A stretch of DNA of 60,027 nucleotides, the filler included, from Catajapyx aquilonaris (lineage: Eukaryota): assembly GCA_000934665.2 (NCBI GenBank). It is 2 parts of 2 records of this genome, joined end to end, with 100 filler letters (N's around TTAATTAATTAA, not from the genome) between each part and the next. Parts side by side here need not be neighbours in the genome. Positions count along the whole stretch, not along the records: positions 1 to 29,969 come from JYFJ02004709.1; 1 more part is not named here. One strand, 5' to 3'. The notes under the pieces were generated by a model, which saw only the letters and a program-made list of their open reading frames with translations, ran no database searches and was not told where the DNA came from. The translations under genes and the position numbers were made by a program. Numbering within the stretch: the first letter of the stretch is position 1; every line of letters begins with the position of its first letter. Below are positions 1-11,962 of the stretch, in pieces.

Positions 1-52
1 TGAATTGCAAAGCTGTGTACAATCCACCCGCCACCTAGCAACTAAACGGTAC

Positions 53-217
53 GCTCGCTAACGCAGCCAGCCTGACGCGTCTGAGCGCACCCGTTCCTCG
101 TCTATGAACCCCCTCTAGATGGCGTTTCCGGACACGGTTTCCTATGTCAAAAATGTTTGTCTTGATCCCCTCTATCACCCCTACAAGTTTGTCGGCTGAA
201 TTCATTTACACCAGCTG
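53..217. mobile_element. Right TIR fragment of CAGGGTG-type (Tc1/mariner-like) MITE, subfamily B
   Basis: Matches the right TIR of the 386-939 element (GTTCC...TATGAACCCCCTCTAGATGGCGTTTCCGGACACGG). Ends GAATTCATTTACACCAGCTG|TA, like 21270-21287. Confidence 0.8.
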
Positions 218-385
218 TATACTTAAGTACACCATATTTGTACTTATTCTCTGCAATGTGTACTGAAACTTCATGCAAGTCCATCGTTACCATCTCTCCC
301 ACCTATACCTCCCTTGATCTATCATCCTTTTGCCCAATATTGACTTCTGGTCTGTTATCCATCCACCCATTTGACTTTTGATATA

Positions 386-939
386 CAGGGTGTTTCCTGT
401 AACTCTGTAAAGACTTTCAGGGGTAATAGAGGGGACCAAGACAAGTATTTTTGGCATATAGGAACCCGTGTCCGGAAACGCCATCTAGAGGGGGTTCATG
501 GACAAGGAACGGGTGCTCTCAGACGCGTCAGGCGAGAGGCGCTAGGCGAGCAGACTGTTTTGTTGATAGATGGCGCTCGGATAGTAAACACCAATGCGAT
601 GCGCCATCACCTGGCAACAGCAGAGCCATCTAGCAACTAATGTATGCCTCCTAGGAGACGCGCGGAGAGTAAACAACAGTTCTGTTGTTGCCAGGTTATG
701 GCGTATCGCATCGTTGTTTACTTACAACGACGCTATACGCCACAACAACTGCGCGCCATCTATCAACAAAACAGTCCGCTTGCCTATCGCCTCCCACGTG
801 ACGTGTCTGAGAGCACCCGTTCCTCGCCTATGAACCCCCTCTAGATGGCGTTTCCGGACACGGTTTCCTATATGAAATATGTCTCTTGGTCCCCTCTATT
901 ACCCCTGAAAGTCTTTACAGAGTTACAGGAAACACCCTG
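386..939. mobile_element. Full-length Tc1/mariner-like MITE with ~200-bp TIRs
   Basis: TA|CAGGGTGTTTCCTGTAACTCTGTAAAGACTTTCAGGGGTAATAGAGGGGACCAAG... with the reverse complement at the right end (...AAACACCCTG|CA). Related copies at 53, 7425, 9198 and 21074. Confidence 0.9.
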
Positions 940-1765
940 CATAATGAACAAATGGATTTGTAAATGTAAACCCGCATAATATCATAATAATTATGCGGCA
1001 TTTTGATTTGCAATATGATGTCATATGCTGCATGATATGATTTGGTGAAGTGTGAAGGTTCCCTGCAGGTAATTTTGACCTTGACTGTGGGGGGCATATG
1101 GGGTGGACTGCCAGTGTAGATGAATAGTTGCGTGGTACCAGCAGCTATGTTCATTCTAGCACATAAGACTGACAGCAATCATCAACATTGTTGCATATTT
1201 AACTTCAGGCGCTCTTTCTTTACTGTGTTTTCAATATTATATTCACTTTAATTAGCTACTGGTTTAATATGCAGAATATTGGAATTGTTCAAACTTTTTA
1301 TTCGATGTAATGTAAAACATTTCATGCTTTTTTTCCTTATCCTCCATTAACTAAATGGAGTTTGAGCCAAGCCTGCGCATCACTGGTTGAAATGCACGAA
1401 ATTTTATGTGAAGAGGATCCTGCTATGCAAATTGATTAGAGTTAGTGAAATCATGAATTATCATGAAATACCAAATGTTGCAAATTTTTCGTGTTTGAGT
1501 GATGTGGACAGTTGGTGTCTACTTTAATGACATTGGCTGTGGAATGTACATACTGTACATGACTGCCTATCTTTCTGTGTTTTTGTCTGGGGAAGTCAGT
1601 GGGGAGGGGGCCTCCAACAGATGCTGTCATTTTCTGTCATAGGAAGATCTTTGGGAGTCACACTGTGTGATGTCAGTGCCTATAAATGCTACAAGCAGCG
1701 ATGCCGGTGCTGTCTAAATGACCAAAATACACGTGGAAATTGATATGCTGCATTTCACTTTTCAG

Positions 1766-2419
1766 GAATTGGAAGAGGAAGGTCATGAAGTAAGTGTGAA
1801 GAAAGGAGTCCAGAAGAAGAAGAAGATCGCTAGACCTCCTGATAAAAGCAAGCGCTTTGATTGCCACGTGTGCCACAAATCACTTGGCTCCAAATCTAGT
1901 TTGGGACGTCACATGCGAAACCATACAGGAGAGAAGCCCTTTTCCTGCCAATTCTGCGAGAAGAAATTTATTGGGACAAGTGGTTTGAAATGCCACATGA
2001 GAGTGCACACTGCGGAGAGACCATATTCATGTGAGATGTGCCATAAAAGGTTTTACGAATCACGTGACTTGAAAGTTCACATGAAAATTCATGCAGGAGA
2101 AAAACCATATTCTTGCCAATTTTGTCAAAAGCAATTTACTTCGAATGGTAGTCTAAAGTGTCACTTAAAAATACACACTGGCGAGGGACCATACACTTGC
2201 CAGATTTGCGGAAAGCAATTCAGGCAGAGAGGTTTGTTAAAACTTCATATGCCAAGTCATACACGGCCCAAGAGAAACCATACACTTGCAAATGTTGCCT
2301 GCAGTGGACCCCATGCCACCAGCAGGGACCATGGCCAGACCAGGCAGCGAATCTTCCAGACTCCTAGACAAAAACACTTCTATTCCTTTCCAAGCTTTAC
2401 TCGCTTCACTCTAGACTAG
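1766..2419 (+). CDS. C2H2 zinc-finger gene U0, last exon (5 fingers, then frameshifted tail); 5' exons not found in window
   Basis: Phase-0 acceptor TTTTCAG|GAA at 1765/1766, as in paralogs. Five C-x2-C...H-x3-H fingers with TGEKP-like linkers. Frameshift after finger 5; degenerate fingers continue to ~2650. Confidence 0.75.
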   Translation, partial: ELEEEGHEVSVKKGVQKKKKIARPPDKSKRFDCHVCHKSLGSKSSLGRHMRNHTGEKPFSCQFCEKKFIGTSGLKCHMRVHTAERPYSCEMCHKRFYESRDLKVHMKIHAGEKPYSCQFCQKQFTSNGSLKCHLKIHTGEGPYTCQICGKQFRQRGLLKLHMPSHTRPKRNHTLANVACSGPHATSRDHGQTRQRIFQTPRQKHFYSFPSFTRFTLD

Positions 2420-2467
2420 CTCTCTTTTCCCATTGCTACAACAAACAACGCCAACAGAGCCACTACA
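2300..2467. mobile_element. Solo-LTR-like insertion in a degenerate finger
   Basis: TG...CA termini, short inverted ends TGCAGTGG/CCACTACA, flanked by TGCC at 2296-2299 and 2468-2471. Finger-coding sequence on both sides. Confidence 0.65.
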
Positions 2468-2883
2468 TGCCAGAGTCGGATAATCTGAAGACACACTTGC
2501 AAACGCACATTGGAGAAAAACCATTTAGTTGCAAATATTGCCAGAGAAAGTTGAGCCGGCGCACACAGCAGGGGGGGAAAACCACACACTTGCATTTGCC
2601 AGGAGACATTTAGTGACTCGAGTGGTATGACGAGACACATGCTAAATTGGGCACATAAGTGAAGATGTTGACCTTGGAAGAAAGAAAAAATGTAATAATA
2701 AGCATGCAGCGAGATGGAAATACAAGATGTCAGGCTGGATTTGGGTGTTTTTGTCATTTTCCCAGTGCAGCAGTGGGCTTCCCATCATGCCATGGCACTT
2801 GTGTATCAAGTTTTTTTTTCCTCTTTCATAGAAATTATTGTTAATAAATCATGAATAGCTTGTTAGCTGAAGTCGCATCACAA

Positions 2884-3006
2884 GTAGCGGCGATTATTGA
2901 ATAGGAGCGATAGCGTATAAGCCCGTCCTCCTCTCCGTTACGATATGAACGCACCCTAATTTTTTTGTTGAAAAAAAAAAAGTGAAGCGAATCCAAGATG
3001 GCCGCC
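2884..3006 (+). promoter_or_regulatory. Conserved ZNF promoter module, U1
   Basis: GTAGCGGCGA...TAGCGTATAAGCCCGTCC...GAACGCACCC...CAAGATGGCCGCC (YY1/Pho-like). Same motif order upstream of all 7 units. Confidence 0.65.
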
Positions 3007-3316
3007 TGACATTCTCTTGTTGTTGAGATGATTTCGTCGAATTTAATCAATTCCCACCCGCCTCGTTCGCTGGGCTTTGTTCCGTCGCCTGGAACACGTC
3101 GGTAGAAAGGTACTGACGCATAAGAGAGGAAGGGGAAGGCAAGTGATGATCCTGTGGTTCATGTAGCGCATGATTTACGTTGGTGGAGGCTAGGCTAGAT
3201 GATCAATGCCTAATTCGAGTCTATGAAAAGATATGCTTAGCTTCCTGCTCATTCCTCAGACGTATTGCCGTGATTGCGACACTGCTACACGTGCATACAT
3301 ATTGTGTTGCAGGACC

Positions 3317-5751
3317 ATGTCGACGACTGTGTGGATAAAGGAAGAGGTGCTGGACGGAGAGGAGGAAGAGGATGGGAACGTTGCCGAGGAGGAGTCCTGG
3401 CAGATGCCCTTGAAGGAGGAAACTCCATGTTCCGATGATGAAGACTCCGCACTTAGAGAAGACACTCTTGGTGAGATCAAGCAGGAGGAGGAGGAGGCAT
3501 CCGAGGAGGAGGAGGAGATGCTGGTGACCATGTCCGGAGATGATGATGATGACGACCCTTTGGCTGTTAGTTCTGGAAGGATTAGTGGGGTAAGCCGTCT
3601 GCTGAAAATGCCACACCAAATCATCAATCCAAATCAAACGCTCAGGATAAGAAAAGTGCAGTCAATTTAAAATGGGCCGAATTTATTGTGGGACATGCAA
3701 TAAGCTTATTGGCAGGGATAAACTTTTAAGAGAAAATTATGTGCATGCGCACTTAGAGGGAGCAGGTGTCGCATCACATGATGGAAAAGGAACTAATGCA
3801 CTGAAAGCTCGGGCCAGTTAATAAAAACCAAGCTGTACAGGGCGGAAAACGAAACGGCGATCTGATGTCATCATTTTGTTCTCATGCAACAATAGTTTTT
3901 TTCTTGACACTGCTTACTCATATTGTTGTGTGATGATGTCAGATCGTTGTTTCGTTTTCCAGACTGTAAGTGGTGTAAAGGTTATGTTTTACGTTTTAAT
4001 AGACTATTGCCCTTGGTGAATTGTACATTTATTTCACTGAAGCACTAGGCCTTCACATGTAAGTGCTTGGGTTGTTACCTTGTTACTGGAACCACACATC
4101 TGAACCCCTTCAAACATTTCATTCCATACACTTTGGAGGTATGATGGGCATTGTGGGATGCTGTAAGGAGGCGAGCCTTGTCGCCAAGCGTTTCGCATGT
4201 GAATGTTGCGGAGAGGCAGTGAACTGTGACCTTGGTTAGTCGCTATTGTTTTGGGTTCTTCAGGGGATATTTTCAGGGTCTACATGGTATACATGGGCAG
4301 GGCAGGTATGTGTGGTTTATTGGCATTCTTCAACATAGCAACAGTGAAGGCGTTCATTTCCCGAGTAATGGGTGAATTATATCGCACTTCATGCTTTTAG
4401 TTCTACGTTGTGTCAGTTCCTTGGAGAGCATTTATTTAAGTGTTTCTGACATTGTCATAGTCTGTAACTTCTTGAGTCTTTATGTAATATGGGGTACTTT
4501 CAAAATGGCCAAATGAAGTGCAAAGCTTCAGACCATGCACGCTGCACAATTGAAACTGATGTACTCTAAATCTTTTTCCAGGTTGTTCAAGTCAGAACTG
4601 AAGATGATGTAGAAGAGAATAGGATCCAGGAAGAGGGAAACAGTGGAATACGTGGTGGAGAAAATCCATTTGAGTGCACCGTATGCCAGATAATATTTGG
4701 TACCCTGAATGATTTGAATGATCACATGATAACGTTTAGTGAAAATAATTGCTGTCACATGTGTCAGAAGAAATTTTCGGATATAAGTAATTTGAAAACT
4801 CACTTGCGAATTCATACAGGAGACAAACCATTTACATGTGAAGTGTGTCAGAAAAAATTTAGTTTTTCTAATCGTTTGAAATCTCACATGCGAATTCATA
4901 CAGGAGACAAACCATTTACTTGTGAGGTGTGCCAGAAAAAATTTGCAGATGCGAGTAATTTGAAAAAACACTTACAAATTCACACAGGATTAAAACCATA
5001 TGTATGTGAGGTGTGCCAGAAAGATTTTGCTGATGCAAGTAATTTGAGAACTCACATGCAAATTCATACAGGAGAAAAACCTTTCACTTGTGAGGTATGC
5101 CAAAGCAAATTTCGTGATTCATATCAGTTCAAATCTCACATGCGAATTCATACAGGAGAAAAACCGTTTACTTGTGAGGTGTGCCAGAAAAAATTCCGTG
5201 ATTCAGTTCAGTTGAAATCTCACATGCGAATTCATTCTGGAGTAAAACCATTCACTTGTGAGGTCTGTCAGAAAAGTTTTTGTGGTGCAAATCGTTTGAA
5301 AACTCACATGCAAATCCATACAGGAGATAGGCCATTTATTTGCGAGGTGTGCCTGAAAAAATTTCGTGATGCAACACAGTTGAGAAATCACTCGCGAATT
5401 CATACGGGAGAAAAACCATATATTTGTGAGGTGTGCCAGAAAGAATTTAGTGGTTCATATAATTTGAAAATTCACATGCGAATTCATACAGGAGAGAAGC
5501 CTTATGTTTGTGAGTTATGCCAGAAAAAGTTTCGTGGATCAACCCAGTTGAAAACTCATTTGCGAGTTCATACAGGAGAGAAGCCATTTGTTTGTGAGTT
5601 ATGCCAGAAAACCTTTTGTGTTGCAAGTAACTTGAAAGCTCACATGCGAATTCATACGGGAGAGAGACCATTTGTTTGTGAGGTTTGCCAGAAAGGATTT
5701 CGTTATGCAAGCCATATGAAAACTCATATGAAAATTCATACACGAGAGTAA
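3317..5751 (+). CDS. C2H2 zinc-finger gene U1 (~480 aa; acidic N-terminal module, 1 degenerate + 12 fingers)
   Basis: Exons 3317-3589 (TTGCAG|GACCATG ... ATTAGTGGG|GTAAG) and 4582-5751 (TTCCAG|GTT). Phase 0, open frame. Confidence 0.88.
3838..3966. mobile_element. Small TA-flanked MITE in U1 intron
   Basis: TA|CAGGGCGGAAAACGAAACGGCGATCTGATGTCATCA vs TGATGATGTCAGATCGTTGTTTCGTTTTCCAGACTG|TA; imperfect ~35-bp TIR. Confidence 0.65.
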
Positions 5752-6848
5752 CCATGTCGTTTTGACATACGTGTGATTGAAGTCATTTGAAAACTCATAT
5801 GTGAATTCATACAGGAGATACAACTAATTGTGAACTTTGCCAAAATGAATTTAGTATGGCATGTGGTGTGAAATGTCATCAGAATGCACACCACATGCCT
5901 GCCATATTTGCAAGGAAGAGTTTCGTCTCTCACAGACTCCATACGTTCGAATACGCATTATTAAAAAGACACCAAATTGAGAAGTAATTATGCTGTAAAT
6001 GTAAAGTATGCTAGGAGTATATGAAGTTAAAACTTATTTCCAATCTCACATGCAAATTAATTGAAAACTCACATTGCAGCTCTCTGCATAAATACCAGCC
6101 CATGAACATGAATGGTTGCCTAGAGAGCAGGATGCGTGATACTGATTATTGTGCAAGAGGTGGCAATTTTTTCCAGGTCCCTGTTATGTGTTGTAACCAT
6201 AATCATGTTCACATCCCGCACTCTACATGTTGCGCTCAGTACACGTGATGTAGTATCCTGCAACTGTTGTCTTGTACTGACGAAGAGTGGATAATTTGCA
6301 AAACTTTCATATACGTAGGAATGCGTGTTTAAAAAATGACGATCCAATTTTTAAAAATACTTACGCTCCAGGAGTAGAATTTAGTTCATGCTTAGAGCAT
6401 GTTTGAATTTTATTGTAGGACAAAATCATCTACGTATTTTTGAACATCACCCGGTGAGCTTGGTTGATCAATTGATGACCTTCTAATGAGGGGCATCCTG
6501 ATTTATAGACAAGTGTAGTGTTAAGATATTTGAGATCGAAAGTCTCAATTTTTCATGAGGTTTGTCCAGTTCTGAATTTTCATATTAAATAGGCATCATC
6601 ACAATCAATAATTTCTTGATAATTGTCATATGCGATGCACATTGTGAAGCTGCTATTTGAAGGAAAAAAATGTGATTGTACAGGACAAGGAAGAAAATAA
6701 AAATGATGAATTGGAGGATTATATGATCACATGTTCTGTGCCAGATTGTACAGGTTTGATTCTCCATTGGGAAGCCTGAACATGCGGAATCATTTTAGGC
6801 GAATGATGATCAGTGTTGTTAGCCGTTATCGCAGAGTAGCAGCTCCAA

Positions 6849-6955
6849 ATAGCAGTGACTCCTGAGCTGCTCCTGAGAAGCAATAGCGCGTAATGGCGTC
6901 CTTCATTCTGGCGGTGGTAGGAATGCACCCGGCCAGAGAATCCAAGATGGCCGAC
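6849..6955 (+). promoter_or_regulatory. Conserved ZNF promoter module, U2
   Basis: TAGCAGTGAC...TAGCGCGTAA...GGTGGTAGGAATGCACCC...CAAGATGGCCGAC. Confidence 0.6.
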
Positions 6956-7082
6956 AAATGATGAATGTAGGTCGTGAAGGAAGGAGACTCCTTCATCATC
7001 CGGTGCGTGGCACTCATCCAGGCCTGTCGCTTCTTGTTTCATTTTATCATTCATGACCTCCACTCTTCGTGTTTGCAGGGCC

Positions 7083-10000
7083 ATGTCTTTGATCCTGAGG
7101 ATCAAGAAGGAGGAGGAAGTGAAGGAAGAGGAAGAAGATGAGGAGGACATCACAGTGGATGAGGACAGTTGGAGGCTAGGGTTGCAGGAGGAGACCCCTT
7201 CTTGCTCTGATGGGGGCTCCTCTCTCATAGAAGACACTCTCCTTGAGATCAAGAAGGAGGAAGTGAAGGAGGAGGAGGAAGAGGAAGAGATGGTGATGAC
7301 AATGTCTGGGATGGGTGAAGATGAAGATGACCCTTTAGCAGGAGGTTCTGGAATGATTAGTGGGGTATGTAATCTGCCGAATTTGCAATATTAAATTTTA
7401 TACAAAAACTCTCTCCAAATCGTCGCGCTAGGTGAGCGGACTGTTTTGTTGATAGATGGCGCGCAGTTGTTGCCAGCAAGTTATGGTGTATCGCATGGTG
7501 TAAGCAAACAACAACGCGATACGCCATAACCTGACAACCACAGAACCGCTGTTGACGACTATCCGCGTGTCTCCCAGGAGGCGGACTTTAGTTGCTAGAT
7601 GGCTTTGTTGTTGCAAGGTTATGGCACATCGCACCTTTGTTTACTATCCGAGCGCCATCTATCAACAAAACAGTCTGCTCGCCTAGCGCCTCTCGCGTGA
7701 CGCGTCTGAGCGCACCTGTTCCTCGTCTATGAACTCCCTCTAGATGGCTTTTCCGGACAAGGGTTCCTATGTCAAAAATACTTGCCTTGGTCCCCTCTAT
7801 TACCCGTGCAAGTCTTTACAGACTTACAGAAAACACCCTGTATAATACCCGAACTCTTTGGCCAGCACAGAGACATTTGACCCACAACAATATATGAGAT
7901 GGTAAACAACAACTGACGTTGCGAGGATATGACGTCATGAACAAATGAGGAAATGACGGGAAAAATAAGGGGCGAAAAATCATAACTTCTATCCCGTAGC
8001 AGGTGGAACTGGGAGGTTTTGAACACAGATTCGTACTGTCCTATTACACATTCAGCCCTTTGACGAAGAAACAGAATTCCGAACAGTTATTATTGAACCA
8101 AAAAAAACAACGTATTTTTAATGGTTTAAATTTTTTTGCGGATTACTGAAGAGGAATTAAGTAAAAGTGTAAATGGTAGGAAATCATTTCGCGGCAGTGG
8201 AGATATGTGTTCAAAATTTGGAAACTCTACCTGTACTATCAGTCCAACAAGAATTGTCGCAGCAGCAGCGCACGAACTGCAATCTACGAGCACAGGTATA
8301 CGAGAGACTGTAGTTCGTGCGCTGCCGCTTGTGACAATTCTTGTTGGACACCAGGTACCAGAATCTGAGCTAGGGCGAATTGAAAAAAAAACCTAACAAG
8401 AACAAGCTGGAAAAATTCATAGTTGAAATTGCATATTCGGTCTCACATAGAGGCTACCCAAAGGGGCTACCACCCCTAAAATAAGGATACATACGTAATA
8501 TGTATCCTTGACTATGATAACATCAATAGGGAAATAAACGACATTTGTATAGTTGCAATCGAATTGGTAAGACTTTGGTAAGACGTGTTTCTTTGCACTG
8601 CAGATCAGTGCTCAGCTGCACACAATGAGGGACAACTACATATGTGTGGACCCCTCCCGCATTCACATGAACACCGCTGAGAGGATCCAAAAAGCACCCT
8701 ACATCGGGTATATCAGAGAGGCCATGTTGCGAGATCCCACTCACAGCACCCTTCCATCACTAATCTCATATGCAGTCGCTTGACTGGCAGCCACGGGGGA
8801 GTATGCGGCTAAGGTGGAAAGAAAGGTGAACCAGTCCCTGTCAAACGGGATAGCAGTGAATAAAGTCCACACTACAAAATTTGGACTTTTCAAGATCGGC
8901 CCTTGCCCTTCACACTAAAACAAAAAACTGGTAGGCTAGCTACTTCTAATGTTTCTAATGTTGCATTCGGGAGTTTTCAAGAGAACATTTTCAACTGCAA
9001 ATGAAACTGCCCCACTTATTTTTAAGATGTGCTGTACGCCAGATAAAACCGTATAGGGCAAAACATACTATTCCACAAAAATGCTACTGTATGGACTGGT
9101 TTTGCACCATATTGAGGTCAAGTGCTTATTTTTCTCCCCATTTTCCTCTCTTTCTCACCAGCAAAAAAATGTCAACTATGTCCTTGATCTGATAATACAG
9201 GGTGTAAATGAATTCAGGGGACAGACTTCTAGGGGTAATAGAGGGGACCAAGACAAGAGTATTTTTGACATAGGAACCCGTGTCCGGAAACGTCATCTAT
9301 AGGGGGTGCAATGCTGCAACGCAGAGGTTTCACTGCATATGCGTCGATTCATCTAACCGAGGTGTTGTTGGCCTCCTCAGAGGTAATGAAAAAACTTTTG
9401 CTTATTGTTTTCAAATTCTACGCATAGACCTACTACACAATGTCCCATTCGCATATGGATGAAGTTTATGAAGTGTATTTCATTCTTGCATACCCTACCT
9501 CTACCACCACAACTCACCCGGGCAACACAGGGATACTTGCAAGTTATTGTGACTTTTCAATCGTAGTGCAGTGTCATTCCGTCCCAACGACCGCAGCGAA
9601 CTGTGGGGAATAGAACATGCAACGGGGGCTAATATTGTCCAGGAGTGAAAGCTCCGAGAAGCATACTGCATATTATGCAGGTGCACTTTTTGAGTCATCA
9701 ATAATATGGGGTACTTTCCATATGACAAAGCTGGCAGAAATCATTGCACCATCCACCATGCACACTGCATAATTGAAATTGATGGACTGCTATTATTTAT
9801 TTATTTTTTAGGTCATGCAAGCGAGAACTGAAGACGGTGTCGAAGAGAATGGGATCCAAGAGGAAAGGAACAGGGGAATATGTTATGGAAAAAATCAATT
9901 TGAGTGCAGAATATGCCAAATGATATTTGGTAGCATTAATGATTTGAATATTCACATGAAAACTCATGAAAATAATTGCTGCCATGTGTGCCAGAAGAAA

Positions 10001-10213
10001 TTTCCGTATCTAAGTAATTTGAAAACTCACCTGCGAATTCATACGGGAGAGAAGCCATACAGTTGTGAGATGTGCCATAAAAAATTTGGTCAGCTAAGTA
10101 ATTTGAAATGTCACATGCGAATTCATACAGTAGAGAGACCATTTACTTGTGAAGTATGCCAGAAGAAATTTTGTGACTCAAGGCAGTTGAAAAAGCACAT
10201 GCGAATTCATTAG
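7083..10213 (+). CDS. C2H2 zinc-finger gene U2, truncated (~227 aa, 4 fingers) or pseudogene
   Basis: Exons 7083-7364 and 9812-10213, phase 0. Premature TAG right after finger 4, followed by disrupted fingers (10214-10400). Confidence 0.7.
7425..7840. mobile_element. Truncated inverted copy of the 386-939 MITE
   Basis: Internal part is the reverse complement of ~590-790; intact end ...AAAACACCCTG|TA. Confidence 0.85.
8242..8349. repeat. Imperfect inverted repeat (MITE-like)
   Basis: GTCCAACAAGAATTGTC...GCAGCGCACGAACTGCA vs TGTAGTTCGTGCGCTGC...GACAATTCTTGTTGGAC. Confidence 0.7.
9198..9307. mobile_element. Left TIR fragment of the CAGGGTG MITE, subfamily B
   Basis: TA|CAGGGTGTAAATGAATTC...GGGGTAATAGAGGGGACCAAGACAAG...GGAACCCGTGTCCGGAAACG. 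Confidence 0.8.
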
Positions 10214-10562
10214 TGAGAGACACCATTTATTTGTGAGGTTTGACGGAAAGAATTTTGTGCGTCAAGGGATTTGAAAACTCATGTTCGAATGCACACATGA
10301 GAGTAACCATTTCATTTTGACATATGGAGGAGAAATTTTGTGATTGAAGTTATTTGAAGAGTCACAAGTGAATTATTCATACAGGGGAGGTAAATCATAG
10401 TTGCGAATTTTCACCCACAAACTTACGTACAACATTGTTACACTGGGCCTGCTGTCACCCCCTCGAAAAGTATGTAGCATCTCACGTTGCAACTTTTGAC
10501 ATAAATATAACATCCCGTGGATGTTTATGGTTGCCTAGAGAGCGAGAAAGGAGCGTGATACA

Positions 10563-10990
10563 GCAGAGAAGCCTTACATCTGTGAGGCCTGCCTGGAAAA
10601 GTTTCGTTATTCAAGCTCTTTAAAAACTCATATGCGAATTCACACAGGAGAGAAACCACATTTGTGTAAGGTGTGCCAGAAAAAATTTACGCAATCAAGT
10701 AAGTTGAAAATTCACATGCGAATTCACACAGGAGAGAAGCCATTTATTTGTGAGATATGCCAGAAAAACTTTCGCGTTGCAAGTAATTTGAAATCTCACA
10801 TGCGAATTCATACGGAAGAGAAACCATTTCAGTGTGAGATTTGCCAGAAAGAATATCGTTATGCAAATCATTTGAAAATTCACATGCGAATTCATACAGA
10901 AGAAAAACCACGTTTGTGAGGTTTTCCAGAGACCATTTCCTTATGCAAATCGCTTGAAAACTCATATCAAGATTCACACAGGACAGTAAC
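10563..10990 (+). pseudogene. Orphan zinc-finger array fragment U2b (4 in-frame fingers, then frameshift)
   Basis: Frame 10563-10919 encodes AEKPYICEACLEKF... and 3 more fingers. No promoter module or acidic exon of its own. Confidence 0.7.
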
Positions 10991-11653
10991 ATTTTGACAT
11001 GCAGGAAAAAGTTCGTGATTCTAGTTATTTGAATATTCGCATATGAAAGAAATTCTTATACGAATAGATAGGATTTAGTTCTTGCTTAGACATAAGCTTG
11101 TTTGGATTTTGTAAGACAAATCATGTATTTATATTTTTCCAACACACTGACATAACACTAATAAATATTTGAAGTAACATCTCAGTAGTTCATTTACCTG
11201 AATTATTGTAAAATGGGAATGGATTGTTTATGACCATCTACTCGGAACAACATCTTGAACACTAGACAACTGTGGTAAGGACGGGATATTTGAGATGGAA
11301 AGTCACAATATTTTCATGAGGTTTAGCCCAATTCAGAAGTTACTTTCACAGATCGGCAACATTACGCTGACTTTAATCACTGGAATTCAGACACCATCAT
11401 CTTCACCCAAGCCACATCTTAAGGTCCAAGACAATAAAGGATTGTCAATAAGGGAATCCTACACTCCGTGAAACTTCCTCCACGAGGATTGGGCATGAGC
11501 AGTCATCACAGTGGATTATTGCACATGAAGTGCTGTTGCTGTTTGGCATGTGCTCGTGAGTGGCAGTGGCCAAGAGAGAAGAAGCCCAAATGCGGGATCA
11601 TTTTGGGCAGCTAAAGAACTAGGAGCGGAGTTGTCGTTAGCCGCTATCGCAAA

Positions 11654-11768
11654 GTAGCAGTGACTCTCTGAGACGGGGGAGTAGCGCATAAGGACGTCCC
11701 TCGCTCTGGCGGTGGTAGGAATGCACCCCCGGGATCGCCTCCAAAGGGGAAGGGAAAAAGATGGCCGG
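11654..11768 (+). promoter_or_regulatory. Conserved ZNF promoter module, U3
   Basis: GTAGCAGTGAC...TAGCGCATAAG...GGTGGTAGGAATGCACCC...AAGATGGCCGG. Confidence 0.6.
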
Positions 11769-11962
11769 CCGGGATCGCATGTCCCGAAGGAGGATCCTGT
11801 GACTTGGTTGGACTCGTTTCCAGTCTTTCCACGTCCCCTTCTTGGCGTTCAGGTCGACTGGAACTGCTGGAACACTCCCTGGAACACTCCTTAGAAGAGG
11901 TACTGTGGCCACCCTTATTAAAGAGACTGTGATGGAGAGCCACTGCTTGTGTTTGCAGGGCC

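Noticed and set aside
371..844. ORFs within the MITE (also at 7428, 7772, 15366-15917, 21056)
   Set aside because: No transposase motifs; they recur only because the repeat recurs.
4750..5751. 84-bp periodicity resembling a CRISPR or satellite array
   Set aside because: It is the 28-aa C2H2 repeat in an open frame; eukaryotic context, no cas genes.
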